From contig JAXHNL010000002.1 of assembly GCA_034520565.1 (NCBI GenBank), positions 1,344,001-1,408,000 on the forward strand: a stretch of DNA of 64,000 bases, read 5' to 3'. This DNA is from Halodesulfurarchaeum sp. Lineage in GTDB: Archaea; Halobacteriota; Halobacteria; Halobacteriales; Halobacteriaceae. Positions 21,143-31,838 of this stretch are shown in pieces. The position numbers were made by a program, and so were the translations under genes. The notes under the pieces are model-generated. The model did no database searches and was not told the origin of the DNA. It saw nothing but the letters and a program-made list of their open reading frames with translations. The first letter of the stretch is position 1, and each line of letters begins with the position of its first letter.

Positions 21143-21260
21143 CCTCGAAAGCCCCCGACCGCTCCGGTCGCGCGGGTCGCTTCTGTCCTCGGCCTTCGGC
21201 CTGCGGTCCTTGCTTCCCCGGGCTTCCCGGAGCGGCCGGCCCCTTTAGAATTCCCACCCA
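21143..21260 (+). repeat. Palindromic intergenic repeat, copy 2
   Basis: CCTCGAAAGCCCCCG...GGCCCCTTTAGAATTCCCACCCA, followed by GTGGTCACTTGC as is copy 1. Confidence 0.75.
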
Positions 21261-21378
21261 GTGGTCACTTGCTGTGAAATTTCGTCTCTGAACAGTGCTA
21301 CATCACCAACCATATCGCCTCAGAGCAATTCGTATTTAAGCGAAACGCTTTTGAGCGCACTACCCGAATAGCGAAATA

Positions 21379-21789
21379 ATGAGTACCTCCGACCACCTGC
21401 CACGCGACATCGAGTCCGTTCGGGAGCGACTCGACGTCGTCACCCAACCGACGCGATTCGCGCTCCTCCAGGACATCCTCGGACACCCGTCGGAACTGCC
21501 GACGCTTTTGGAACTGGACTCCGTCAACCCGAGCAAGAGCCGGACGACGATCCGTCAGCACCTCCAGCAGCTCGTCGACGCCGGAATCGTCGAGGCGGTG
21601 TCTCTGCCAGCGGACCGTCGGCAGAACGATCTGCCGTACAAGTTCTACGGGATTAGCCCGCGTGGTCGGGCGTTCCTCGAGGAACACAAGCTGCTCCGGG
21701 CACAGGACACCCTCCGAGCGATTTACGACCGGGTCGAGAAGTCAGCGGACGTTGAACGGTACGAAACCGCGCCGCGACCCGAGCGCTAA
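21379..21789 (+). CDS. ArsR-like wHTH protein
   Basis: TRFALLQDILGHP...KSRTTIRQHLQQLVDAGIV...KFYGIS. Confidence 0.85.
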   Translation: MSTSDHLPRDIESVRERLDVVTQPTRFALLQDILGHPSELPTLLELDSVNPSKSRTTIRQHLQQLVDAGIVEAVSLPADRRQNDLPYKFYGISPRGRAFLEEHKLLRAQDTLRAIYDRVEKSADVERYETAPRPER

Positions 21790-21889
21790 CAGTTGCTGGT
21801 TATGTCCTCTGGTGGGACTCGGTGACGGTTTTGTGTGTGGTCTTCTCTTGGTGGTTTTGGATGTTTGCGGGAACAGATTTTGCGGTGCA

Positions 21890-22350
21890 ACACCCCCGAA
21901 AGCTTCCTCCCGCCGATCGACGTATCGTCCTTTCTCACCATCATCGATAGCCCCCTACCGCTCGCAACTCTTGGATCTTCGGCTCACGGCTATCGCCGTT
22001 CGCCTCTTCTGAGACGCTCGCTTTGCTCGCATCTCACGTTCGCCGTTCGTTTTTTGAACTCCCTCCGGTCGTCTCGCCGCCCGCTCGCCGGGATATTTCT
22101 CATTCACTTCGTTCATTTCTCGCGGTTCCCTTCGGTCACCGCTCGCACATTCGGCGACGACCGGAGGGAGTCGCCCGCTCGCGATAGGGCCCCCGAAACG
22201 CACCCGAGCTGCCTGACGGCTCGCCGTCACGGTATAAGGTGGTCGGCTTAAGCCGACCATTCAGTCGGCCAGGGCGAGAGCCGAAGGCTCTCGCTTGCTC
22301 CCCCTCGGTCCTGCGGACCTCGCGGGAACCCTTTTGAAATCCCACCCAAC
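21890..22350 (+). repeat. Composite palindromic repeat, copy 3
   Basis: CCCCGAAAGCTTCCTCCCGCCGATCGA start, many CGCTCG hairpins, CCCTTTTGAAATCCCACCCAAC end. The last ~90 bp are near-identical to 53785-53870 on the opposite strand. Confidence 0.75.
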
Positions 22351-22553
22351 CGCAACCGGCTTTTTCGGAAGGGGGTATTCTTCCTTCTGTTGCATTGATG
22401 TCAGCCTTTGTTCAGGGTGTAGTTTTTTCTGGGATTTGTTCGGCCTTTACGGGGAGGAGGGTGTCACGGTGAATCGGTACGTTTTCATAGCAATCGCACT
22501 CCAAACGAAATCCCAAAGCCTGATACAGCTGCAATACAACACTAATACATACG

Positions 22554-22907
22554 ATGCCCGTTACATTCGACACCTACGACGAAAACAAGGGCTCGATTGA
22601 CCTCAGCGAGGGGAGTAACGCGTACGCGATCCTATCCTTCCTCGCTGAGCATCCCGACCAGGGATTCACGCCAAGGGAGGTTCAGACGGAAACCGGCCTC
22701 CCGTATGGGAGTATTGGGCCGACACTCAAGCGGTTAGAAGAACGGGATCTCGTCCGGCACAAGGAGCCATATTGGGCCATCGGCGAGACGGAGCACCTCT
22801 CGACGTATGCGGCGATGGAGAGTACCATCTCCGCAATCGAGTCGCGATACGGGTCGGAAAACCCGAAGGACTGGCTCGACAATTCCGAATCCGTTGAAAA
22901 GGAATGA
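22554..22907 (+). CDS. MarR-like wHTH antitoxin
   Basis: GFTPREVQTETGLPYGSIGPTLKRLEERDLVRHKEPYWAI. Confidence 0.78.
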   Translation: MPVTFDTYDENKGSIDLSEGSNAYAILSFLAEHPDQGFTPREVQTETGLPYGSIGPTLKRLEERDLVRHKEPYWAIGETEHLSTYAAMESTISAIESRYGSENPKDWLDNSESVEKE

Positions 22908-23251
22908 GTCTCGATACCTGTGATGTGGTCTGGCACAAGGCCCCGTTCAAGCTCCCGCAGCCGGACGGCACTCTCCCCGAACGTCCCTGGCTCATCGTTA
23001 GCAACACCAACCATCCGTTTCACGGGACCGAATATTTGGTCCTGGGGATGACCACGAACCCCCGAGGTGAAGGGATCGAAGTCGACGCATCTGACTGGGT
23101 GTCGGGCGGAACGTCTAAGACCAGCTACATCTCTCCGTGGTTCGCAATGACGTTGAAAGACACGGACATCAGTCATCACATCGGTTCGATTTCGGACACG
23201 CTCGTTACCGAGGCAATCGACGACCTCACGTATCGACTTGGTCCGGTGTAA
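22904..23251 (+). CDS. PemK/MazF-like toxin
   Basis: DVVWHKAPF...RPWLIVSN..HPFHG...GMTT...GG...SYISPW. Confidence 0.78.
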   Translation: MSLDTCDVVWHKAPFKLPQPDGTLPERPWLIVSNTNHPFHGTEYLVLGMTTNPRGEGIEVDASDWVSGGTSKTSYISPWFAMTLKDTDISHHIGSISDTLVTEAIDDLTYRLGPV

Positions 23252-23464
23252 TCTGGTTGGCGTATTCGTTCGTCAGGGACCGGTAATTTTCTTGGGGAAG
23301 ATTTCGTTATCGTCACACCAAAGACGTCCTCTTTGACCATTTTTTACCAGTCAGCTTGAATTCGGTCTCAATCAAGGGACGAGTCAAAGCGGATCATACC
23401 CCAGTTGTTAACTGAGAACATCTCGATTTGACTCTCCTTGGGAACTGGTCTACGCCATCAGGAA

Positions 23465-23725
23465 AAACGGGAGTGAGGTCCGCCTACGAGGGCTATCTCG
23501 TCAGTGCGGCGGATTTCGAAGGTGGGGTCACTGCCTCCGGGAAGTCAAAAGCCGAGGCGTTAACGCATCTCGGATGCACAACTGCATGTCAGTGGCGCGA
23601 CTCCAATCGAAGATGAGGAAGAACGCTTATCAGATCTCGGCATCGATGCCGAGGAAGTCGGTGGCGAGGTGGCGACAGCGGAAGACCTCGAATTTGATGA
23701 TGAGCAGTCGTCCGACGAAACTGAG
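23465..23725 (+). pseudogene. Degraded hicB paralogue
   Basis: GVRSAYEGYLVSAADFEGGVTASGKSKAEAL, then a frameshift to PIEDEEERLSDLGID; aligns with 20767..21027. Confidence 0.7.
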
Positions 23726-23786
23726 ACGAAATTCCGGGTGTGATGTGGTTTGAATCGTGTTTGGGTTTAGCGTAAGGAGAGTGGCA

Positions 23787-24016
23787 ACACCTCCGAGAGC
23801 CCCCTCCCGCCGATCGATGTGTCGAGATCCCTTCCCACCACCTCCGAAAGCCCCCTCCCGCTCGCGCACGTTCGCCGACATATTCCTCGCTGCTCACGGC
23901 TCACTCCGTTCACCGTTCGCTATACCGAGGCCTCCCTTTGGTCGGCCTCGCCCCGCTCGGAATAGGGGTCGCCGAAGCGCACGCGACCGCTCGGCCCCTT
24001 TCGTAGCCCCACCCAA
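23787..24016 (+). repeat. Palindromic intergenic repeat, copy 4 (duplicated left end)
   Basis: CACCTCCGA(G/A)AGCCCCCTCCCGC twice; ends TCGGCCCCTTTCGTAGCCCCACCCA, identical to copy 1. Confidence 0.8.
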
Positions 24017-24081
24017 CCGCCCAACGGTTTGGTGGCTTTGGGATTATGTTTCGGTTCTCTGAAGCGCACTCTGGCCCGTCT

Positions 24082-25014
24082 TCAATACGCGATTTCCTCG
24101 GTCATCGCGTCCAGGCCCAGCACGGCGATCGCGCCGAGGAGACCCCAGCCGAGTAGCAACAGGGTCACAATTGGCGTCCACTCTGGGGTCGCCTCGAGCA
24201 CCCGATCACCCGGGGCTCGTAATGCGCCGATCATGAGCGCGACGAGGAAGGTCATGGTGTGGCTGCGGTGGTGTTCCAGCGCCCAGGCGACGACTCTCGC
24301 AAAGGAGAGGATTCCCACGAGTGCGCCGAAGGCGAACACGAACAGCGTCATGAATGGGTCGATCGCTGGCTGGATGGTGATGGCGAAGACCGCATGGGTG
24401 AGCTCGCTGACGGCGGTGATGATCGTCTCGTACTGGCCGAGGGTGAGGAGGATGAGCGACCCGGAGATGCCCGGGAGGACCATTGCGGAAATGCCGATCA
24501 TCCCGGCGAAAAAGAGGACGACCGGGCCCGAACCGAGATGGCCGTTCGAGAGGCCGCTGACCCAGAAGGCGAGGGCGAAGCCGGTGAGGGCGACGAGCCA
24601 GCCTGTCGCACTGGCGAGTCCGAGTTCGCCTCGGAGGACAATGGCGGAGGCGACGATCAGTCCGAAGAAGAAGGCGTAGGTCGGGCCCGCGTACGCGCCC
24701 ACGGCCCACTCGATGACGTTGGCCGCGGTGAGTGCCGCGGTGACGACGCCAACTCCCAGGACGAGGAGGAAGGGGAGGTCCATGTCCGTGGCCCGCTCCC
24801 AGGCTGCGGTGCGGGAATTTGGATCGTGGGGGCGAGCGAGATCCTTCAGGAGGGCGAATCCGCCCTCGACATCGAGGGCAGCGATCGCACCCACCAATCG
24901 GTCGTAGATGCCTGCGATGAGGGCGATGGTACCACCGGAAACGCCCGGGACGGCGTCTGCCGCTCCCATCGCGAAGCCCTTGAGGTACGTCTTCAGCCAG
25001 GCGGGGACGGACAT
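24082..25014 (-). CDS. DUF368 membrane protein (putative lipid-carrier phosphate translocase family)
   Basis: KGFAMGAADAVPGVSGGTIA and AMVLPGISGS repeats; directly downstream of aglB. Confidence 0.92.
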   Translation of the reverse strand: MSVPAWLKTYLKGFAMGAADAVPGVSGGTIALIAGIYDRLVGAIAALDVEGGFALLKDLARPHDPNSRTAAWERATDMDLPFLLVLGVGVVTAALTAANVIEWAVGAYAGPTYAFFFGLIVASAIVLRGELGLASATGWLVALTGFALAFWVSGLSNGHLGSGPVVLFFAGMIGISAMVLPGISGSLILLTLGQYETIITAVSELTHAVFAITIQPAIDPFMTLFVFAFGALVGILSFARVVAWALEHHRSHTMTFLVALMIGALRAPGDRVLEATPEWTPIVTLLLLGWGLLGAIAVLGLDAMTEEIAY

Positions 25015-28000
25015 CACTCGGCCGGACGGGCCGTGGCCATGCCAGCACTGATGGTCGGTCCAGCGTGCGCCTCGAGGGTCTCATCCGTGTCGACTGATTC
25101 AGTCGTGTCGTTGGTCACCGTGTCGTTGACGATCTCGTCGGTTGTGTTGGTGTCCTCAGTCTCGTTCCCCGTGGCGGTCTCGTTCGTCTCGCCGTCACCC
25201 AGCGAGCCCAGAACCTGCTCTTCGAGGGTCACGTCGATGACACCCTCCTCGGCACCGATGACCGCTCCCTCCGGGACGTGTGCGGAGGCGTTGTGCGTGG
25301 TGAGGTTCATCGTCGTCCCGTTGAAGCTCGTCGGGGTGCTGAACTCGTAGGGGCCGGTGGCCCGAACCGAGACGTTGGTGTACCCATCCTCCGGACCGTA
25401 CTCGTCGTAGTCCGAGGAGGCGTAGGGCAGGGTCATCTCGAAGGTTCCGTCCTGGCCCGTCTCGGCGTGCTGGGTGTAGGTGAACGTGCCGTCACCTGTT
25501 CGGGCGGTTGTTTGCAACTCGACCTCGGCGGTCACGGTGGTGTTGGCCGGCCCTTCACCTTCGATCGTGGCGCCCGGGACGCGCTCGAAGAGCTTGACCC
25601 AGGTCGGATGCTCCCCCTGGCGGAACTCGAGGTTGGCGAGCGTGCGCTGTGGGGCGTTCGACTGGCCGGAGAGCTTCACGAGGCGGTAGTGTTCCAGGGC
25701 TTCGACCTCCTCGCGGGGGAAGTCAGCCACGCCACCGACGAAGGCGTTGGTGTTGTTCGCGGCGTACTCCTGGGCGGCTTGCGAGGACCGGAACTGCCGC
25801 GTGGTGTTGAAGCTCGGGACGGGGTTCTGGTACTGCTCGTACTCGCGGTTCTCGATTTCGACCACGGTGTTCGCGCTCACCGCACTCCCGTGGAAGTGGT
25901 AGAGCCGGACCATCTGGCTCTCGTAGTAGCGCTGGGTCTTGAGCGTCGTGATGGGGGGCTGGTAGCCCTGCTGGAGGTAGGCCTGCGCATTAGGGCCGAG
26001 GATCCGGCCGTCGATCATGTCGCTGTAGGAGAGCGAGTCGTTGGCGTTGTAGAACACCGTCGGGGCGCTGAACTTGGCCTGGGTGTCGACCATTTTGTAG
26101 TCCACGGCGACGTAGCGGGTCTGGGCGTCGTCCTCGTCAGTGGCCTCGAGGGCCGTTGCAGCACTCTCCTCGTCAGGGGCGAGGAGGTAGTTTGCGGCCT
26201 CGGTGGCGTGTTGCTGGAACGGGTTGGCGTTGGGGATTCGCTCTCCAAGCACGGTGATCCAGTGGCCGTAGTCCCACCAGCTCATGATGCCGTAACTGCC
26301 CTCGGGGTAGTCGTAGTCACTGCCCTCGGGGACGGCGTAGGTGCCGTAGTAGTCGAGTTGGTCCTGGTTGCCCGCGCCGGCGTAGTTGCCCTCGGCGGGG
26401 GTGTTCTCGCTCAGCCAGTCGAGGGGTTCCTCCCACTGGGTGACTGCGCCGGGCCCGGCCCTATCGCCAGTTTCGATTGCGGTACGCATCGGGACCTGCT
26501 GGCCCTGATCGTTCGCGAAGGTGATCGGGGCAAGCATGGGGGCGAAGAGGAGCAGGGCGATCGTGGCGATGACCATCACGTGGCTCCAGTCGATCGAGCC
26601 TGGGGAGAGGGTCTCGACGGTGATGCCGGAAACGGCGACGATTCGGCCGACGAGGTAGGCCGCGAGGATGGAGACCGGGACGACGAGGTAGTAGTTGAAG
26701 CGGATCTGGGTGAGGGCTGCCGCGAGCATGAAGGCTGACCAGACGACGAGGAGAATTTTTTCCGTGCTGTATTTTCCGTAGACCAGGGCAGCGGCGAGGG
26801 ACAAGGAGATGAAGAGGAGTCCAGTTATGTCGGCTGGGAGGCCGACGATGCCGCCGATTGCCCCCGGTAGAGCCGGGAAGCTAACGAAGAGTGCGGCAAT
26901 GGCGAGGAACCCGGCCGCCAGACCGATCCGACGGTTGTTGTTACTCAGGAGGTGCGGTTTGAGTGTTATCCAGAGCCCGCCGACGAGGGCGACGTAGAAC
27001 GCGGCGCCGTACTCGTAGAAGAAGGCCTTCCAGGCGCCCAGTCCGAGTTGGTTGGCGCGGGATTCGATGAAGGGTTGGGCTTCCGATATGGTGGCCGCAC
27101 CAGAGCCCGTTTGTAGACCAACGATTCCAAGCAGTTGATTGACGATTCCGCCCACGAGATCTGGAAGAACGAGCATTCCTGCCCCCGTGCCGACGATCAC
27201 CGTTCCGAGGACGGCTGGTGGATAATACGACGCTTCGATGTCTCGTGTTTCCCACTCCCGACCGAGCCACGAGAGGAAGACCGCTCCTGCAGCGACGACG
27301 AACGGAGCGATGACTTGTAGGAGGGTGTAGCCCGTTGGTGAGAACTCCAAGTAACGGAGTGGAACCAGCATCAACACGCCAGCGGTGACCATTGAGATTG
27401 TCGCCGGGACGGCCGTGTGGTCCGGACTGATCCCGTTCAGGACGTCACTTGATAGTGAGATAAGCAAAAAGATGCCCACGATGCCGACTAGGAACACGCC
27501 CGGCGGCCAGAGGTACAGGTAAGCGGCCATGGCTACGCCCGCGAGAAGACTCCAGCCGAGGACTGAGCGCAGGCCTTCGAGGTCTCGTTCGAATAGCTGT
27601 TCCCAAACTGGCCGTTCTCTGTCTGCAACTGCGAAGGCAATCAGGAATCCGAGAACCGCGAGAGACATGAAGAGCGGTTCCGCGACGTTGTGATCGGCCG
27701 ATCCGATGGTGCCCCGCTGGAGGAATAACCCCGGAAGCAGGGCGAGAACCGCTGCAGCGACGACGCCAACTGCGTTCCCACCGAAGCGACGGGCGATGAA
27801 GAACGTGGGAATAGCAACGAGGGAAGCGAAGATGGCGGGAGCAAACGCGGTGACGGTGGCGATCTGTTGCGTGGATGGGTCCCCAAGGCCGACGATCAGT
27901 GCTGCGGCGGCGATTAGCTGGTCGAAGAGGGTGCCGAACTGGCCCGAGTCTGAACCTGCAGCGAACCCAGTCCAGACATCGAATGGCATGGTTGCCAGCC

Positions 28001-28229
28001 CGTTCTCGACTGAGTATTGGACCTGGCGAAAGTGGTACCAGGGGTCGTTACCGGCGAAATAGACGCCGCTTTCGCGAAGGAAGTTGTCCGCCGATTGGAT
28101 CCTGATGAAGAACATCGTCAGGACGGCCAATACGAGGGCGGGGACGTGCCACAATCGAATGACTGTCTCGGAGACGGTCGGCCAGTCGATGCCACCGCCT
28201 CCATCGGGGGAGGAAGCCTCGTCGCTCAT
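25014..28229 (-). CDS. aglB: Oligosaccharyltransferase AglB (STT3 family)
   Basis: GNDPWYH, DHNVAE, TISEA, WWDYGH, NPFQQ motifs; multi-TM N-terminal half. Confidence 0.97.
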   Translation of the reverse strand: MSDEASSPDGGGGIDWPTVSETVIRLWHVPALVLAVLTMFFIRIQSADNFLRESGVYFAGNDPWYHFRQVQYSVENGLATMPFDVWTGFAAGSDSGQFGTLFDQLIAAAALIVGLGDPSTQQIATVTAFAPAIFASLVAIPTFFIARRFGGNAVGVVAAAVLALLPGLFLQRGTIGSADHNVAEPLFMSLAVLGFLIAFAVADRERPVWEQLFERDLEGLRSVLGWSLLAGVAMAAYLYLWPPGVFLVGIVGIFLLISLSSDVLNGISPDHTAVPATISMVTAGVLMLVPLRYLEFSPTGYTLLQVIAPFVVAAGAVFLSWLGREWETRDIEASYYPPAVLGTVIVGTGAGMLVLPDLVGGIVNQLLGIVGLQTGSGAATISEAQPFIESRANQLGLGAWKAFFYEYGAAFYVALVGGLWITLKPHLLSNNNRRIGLAAGFLAIAALFVSFPALPGAIGGIVGLPADITGLLFISLSLAAALVYGKYSTEKILLVVWSAFMLAAALTQIRFNYYLVVPVSILAAYLVGRIVAVSGITVETLSPGSIDWSHVMVIATIALLLFAPMLAPITFANDQGQQVPMRTAIETGDRAGPGAVTQWEEPLDWLSENTPAEGNYAGAGNQDQLDYYGTYAVPEGSDYDYPEGSYGIMSWWDYGHWITVLGERIPNANPFQQHATEAANYLLAPDEESAATALEATDEDDAQTRYVAVDYKMVDTQAKFSAPTVFYNANDSLSYSDMIDGRILGPNAQAYLQQGYQPPITTLKTQRYYESQMVRLYHFHGSAVSANTVVEIENREYEQYQNPVPSFNTTRQFRSSQAAQEYAANNTNAFVGGVADFPREEVEALEHYRLVKLSGQSNAPQRTLANLEFRQGEHPTWVKLFERVPGATIEGEGPANTTVTAEVELQTTARTGDGTFTYTQHAETGQDGTFEMTLPYASSDYDEYGPEDGYTNVSVRATGPYEFSTPTSFNGTTMNLTTHNASAHVPEGAVIGAEEGVIDVTLEEQVLGSLGDGETNETATGNETEDTNTTDEIVNDTVTNDTTESVDTDETLEAHAGPTISAGMATARPAE

Positions 28230-28338
28230 TGCTTGTGACGGACAGACAGAACGCGAATAAGCCTTTTGAATCGGTCAAGAAGATGGTGGCAGTGTCGGGC
28301 GGTATTTATTCAAGGGGCCGTGTATTCTACTGATTCAC

Positions 28339-29502
28339 ATGGACGAATCGGGTTCGGAAGAGGTGGAATCCGAGATTTCATTCGAGGATTTCGATATTAG
28401 TGTGGCACACTGGCACGTCAACGCCTGGGGAGGGGCCGAGTATCTCGCGACGAAACTAGCGGAAGCGGTCGGTGAATCGACGGTTTACACAATGGGCGAG
28501 CCCGACCCGGAAGAGCCAAATCCGTATGGCGATGTCACTTTCGAGGACGTAACGGAGGTGCTTGACTATCCCCGGATTCGGCGATTACAGCGGTATGCTG
28601 GTCGTGTCTTCGAATACTCACAGTGGGAGGACGTGGACTGGCGGGAACTGGGTGATCCGGATGTGCTATTGACCTCTGGTTCGACGACGCGGGCCGTGAT
28701 CACGCCGGACGACACGTTGCACGTGAATTACTGTCATTCTCCGCCACGGTGGTTCTACGATTTGTATCACGATCGGAAGGGGACGATCATGGGGCAACTT
28801 GCCAGGCCATTGCTTCGTTATCTCCGCGTGCGCGATCAGGCAATTGATTCTCGGGTGGATCACTACTTCGTGAACAGTCCGATCATTAAACGGCGTCTCT
28901 GGAAGTACTACAAACGCGATTCCGAGATCCTCTACCCTCCCGTCGATATCGATAACTACCGGAATGAAGGGGATGGGGGGTATTTCCTACATCTGGGTCG
29001 TCTGGACGAAGAAAAGGGGGTTCCGGCTGTTGTCGAGGCCTTTCATGGATTAGACGAACGACTCATCTTTGCTGGAGGAATGGGTGACATCAACCAGTCT
29101 GTCCGAGATGAGATAGTGGAGGCATCGAATATTGAATATCGGGGATTTGTTTCCGAGGATGAAAAACTCGACCTTCTCGCCAATTGTTCAGCGGTGGTGT
29201 TCAATGGACGGAACGAGGATTTTGGAATCGTTTCGATCGAAGCGAACGCGAGTGGAAAACCTGTTCTAGTCCGTAATGAAGGCTTCCCAGCGGTTTTCGT
29301 CGAAGAAGGGGAGAATGGATGCCTTCACACAGGGAAAGCTGTGGACATTCGACGATCGATACAAAATTTCCAAGGTAAGGAATTCACAGATATCGCTTCC
29401 AAAGTAGATCGGTTCTCTCTGGAACAGTTCGAAACCGAACTTCGAACCAGCCTTGAAGAAAAATACGCAGATCTCCTGCAGATATCCGCCAGTACCAAAT
29501 AG
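28339..29502 (+). CDS. GT4 glycosyltransferase
   Basis: WGGAEY, YCHSPPRW, GRLDEEKG, EDFGIVSIEANASGKP. Confidence 0.93.
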   Translation: MDESGSEEVESEISFEDFDISVAHWHVNAWGGAEYLATKLAEAVGESTVYTMGEPDPEEPNPYGDVTFEDVTEVLDYPRIRRLQRYAGRVFEYSQWEDVDWRELGDPDVLLTSGSTTRAVITPDDTLHVNYCHSPPRWFYDLYHDRKGTIMGQLARPLLRYLRVRDQAIDSRVDHYFVNSPIIKRRLWKYYKRDSEILYPPVDIDNYRNEGDGGYFLHLGRLDEEKGVPAVVEAFHGLDERLIFAGGMGDINQSVRDEIVEASNIEYRGFVSEDEKLDLLANCSAVVFNGRNEDFGIVSIEANASGKPVLVRNEGFPAVFVEEGENGCLHTGKAVDIRRSIQNFQGKEFTDIASKVDRFSLEQFETELRTSLEEKYADLLQISASTK

Positions 29503-29532
29503 ATCCCCGAAAAAGGGAAACTCGATTGACCG

Positions 29533-31047
29533 ATGCCAGAGACAATCGTACTTGGTCTCGACGGTGCGAACTGGGATCTTCTGGAACCCTGGCTAAAGGA
29601 CGGGGAACTTCCGAATATCGAGTCACTCCGTGAATCGGGGGTCTGGACTGATCTGGAAAGTGTTCTACCGCCAGTCACCTGCCCGAACTGGCGGAGTTAC
29701 TCGACCGGGAAGAATCCTGGAAAGCTCGGGGTATTCTGGTGGGAGAAAATCGATACCGAGAACCGGACGCTGTCCACCCCCGATTCCCGCTCCTTTAAAT
29801 CCGCGAATTACTGGGATTATCTCAACGAAGATGGACTCGACGCGGGGATCGTCAACCTTCCAATGACGTACCCCCCGTTTGAGATGGACGAGTTCATGAT
29901 CTCTGGTGGTCCCGGGAGCGACCAAAAGGAATATACCTTTCCACCGGAACTGGGCGAGTCTCTGGACGACCAAGGATATCGTCTCCATCCTGAAACTCCG
30001 GTGACGTCAAAGAACGACCGAGAAGAGGCTGCTGAACTCGTCGAACTGATCGACCGACGGCTTGAGACGTTCCGCAACCTCCTCGAGGAACGAGAAGTCG
30101 ACGTAGCCCATTTGACTGTTTTCTATGTCAACGTGCTGCAACATTTCTTCTGGCGAGGTGATCCAACCTACGAAGCCTGGCAGGTAATCGACGATCACAT
30201 CGGCGAGATTCGGGAAGACTATCCTGGCGCGACGCTGATGCTCATGTCCGATCATGGGTGTAAGGACGTGGATACGGTCTTCTACGTCAACTCCTGGCTC
30301 GAGTCAGAGGGCTATCTGGTGACCAAAACTGACACCGCCGACGCACTCTCGGGCACTGGCATCAACAAAAAGCGCCTCTCGAAGCTGGCACACAACCTCG
30401 GGATTCACAACCTCGTGACTTCTCTCGCTCCCGACTGGCTCACGGCTGCGATTCCGGAAGACGAGGAGGGTTTCAAACGCGAGCAAAAACTGGAGAAAGT
30501 CGACTGGGAGGAATCGAAGGCGGTTGCCAGCGGACAGGGACTGGTTTACGTAATTGACGACAATCCTGAAACCATCGAGGAGCTGGTTTCCGAACTCGAA
30601 AAACTCACGAACGACGAAGGAAAGCCGATTGCCCGGAAAGTCTACACGCGGGAGGAGGCGTATAATGGACCGTACACGGAGGAAGGCCCCGAAATCGTGT
30701 TCGATCAGCGCCCTGGGGTCCACACGAGCGGGGCGATCGGATCGAATCCTGTCTTCGCGGACGCCGGCCACTGGGAAGCCGAGAACGTTCGGACAGGGTT
30801 GTTCATGGCAGATGGTCCTGAGGTCGAAGCGGATGGACTCCCAGAACCAATTTCGATTACGGACGTCGGTCCGACAGTTCTGCAAAGCGTGGACTGTGAC
30901 GTCCCAACCGATGTCGATGGTGAACCCTTGAATCTGTTCGGCGACCGCACCGTCGAGAGCCGCGACCCGATCCCCTACGACGAAGTAGGTGGGACCGCAG
31001 ACGAGGCGGTGCAGGAACGCCTCGAGGACCTCGGCTATCTCGAATGA
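29533..31047 (+). CDS. Alkaline phosphatase superfamily (type I phosphodiesterase-like) protein
   Basis: LGLDGA, PPVTCPNW, TGKNPGK, MSDHG, C-terminal ERLEDLGY. Confidence 0.88.
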   Translation: MPETIVLGLDGANWDLLEPWLKDGELPNIESLRESGVWTDLESVLPPVTCPNWRSYSTGKNPGKLGVFWWEKIDTENRTLSTPDSRSFKSANYWDYLNEDGLDAGIVNLPMTYPPFEMDEFMISGGPGSDQKEYTFPPELGESLDDQGYRLHPETPVTSKNDREEAAELVELIDRRLETFRNLLEEREVDVAHLTVFYVNVLQHFFWRGDPTYEAWQVIDDHIGEIREDYPGATLMLMSDHGCKDVDTVFYVNSWLESEGYLVTKTDTADALSGTGINKKRLSKLAHNLGIHNLVTSLAPDWLTAAIPEDEEGFKREQKLEKVDWEESKAVASGQGLVYVIDDNPETIEELVSELEKLTNDEGKPIARKVYTREEAYNGPYTEEGPEIVFDQRPGVHTSGAIGSNPVFADAGHWEAENVRTGLFMADGPEVEADGLPEPISITDVGPTVLQSVDCDVPTDVDGEPLNLFGDRTVESRDPIPYDEVGGTADEAVQERLEDLGYLE

Positions 31048-31838
31048 CGGTCTGTCTCACCGGGGACGTGCATCACATGTCCCTGGGAACGCGTGACCAG
31101 GAGTACATGGATCGTACAGAGCTGGAGGCGGCTCTTGAGTACGCAGAGATAGCCGCTGAGTATGACGTGCCGGTGACGCTGTTCGTGACCGGGAAGGCGG
31201 CGAAGGAGGAGCCAGAACGGGTGGAACGACTCGCGGCCAAGGAGAACGTCGAGATTGGTGGCCACAATTACTGGGCGTTTGACACTCTCCTCCACAAAGC
31301 TTCACGTGGCTTACTTGGCTCCTGGAATGGACCCCGAAGTTTCCAGCGGTGGGAGATTAATCGTACCATCGAAGCCTTTGCTAGCCATGGTGTAGAAATC
31401 ACGTCTTGGCGGGACCATGCCTACCGCCATGACGATAACACTGCCTCGCTGCTTTTTGAACTGGGAATCACCCATTTTTCGGATGCTGTTGGCCCTGATG
31501 AGGATTTTCGAAAGGAGGACGAACTGATGGTGTTGCCCATCAATACTCCCCCAGACCACGAGCACGTCTATCACGGGTTTCGGACAGAGGATTTTGTCTC
31601 TGAGCAATCTTTTGATGGACCGTTCGGCTCCGAATCGTACGACGTTGACCAATGGCTGGACTGGGTACTAGAGGCGATTGAAGACGCCCTTGAGGCGGGA
31701 CAGCCAGCAACGGTTTTGGCTCATCCCGCTTGTATGGATATTGTTGATGACTTAGCTACGTTCGAAGAACTCTGTGCTCAGATTTCAGAGAAGGATTATG
31801 AGGTACACCTGGCGAGCGAAGTAAAACTAGAAGTATGA
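31044..31838 (+). CDS. Polysaccharide deacetylase (CE4-like)
   Basis: LTGDVH, TLFVTG, EIGGHNY, LAHP. Confidence 0.8.
   Translation: MTVCLTGDVHHMSLGTRDQEYMDRTELEAALEYAEIAAEYDVPVTLFVTGKAAKEEPERVERLAAKENVEIGGHNYWAFDTLLHKASRGLLGSWNGPRSFQRWEINRTIEAFASHGVEITSWRDHAYRHDDNTASLLFELGITHFSDAVGPDEDFRKEDELMVLPINTPPDHEHVYHGFRTEDFVSEQSFDGPFGSESYDVDQWLDWVLEAIEDALEAGQPATVLAHPACMDIVDDLATFEELCAQISEKDYEVHLASEVKLEV

Noticed and set aside
20551-24016. Canonical integron
   Set aside because: No tyrosine integrase and no convincing RYYYAAC/GTTRRRY boxes; kept only as an analogy.
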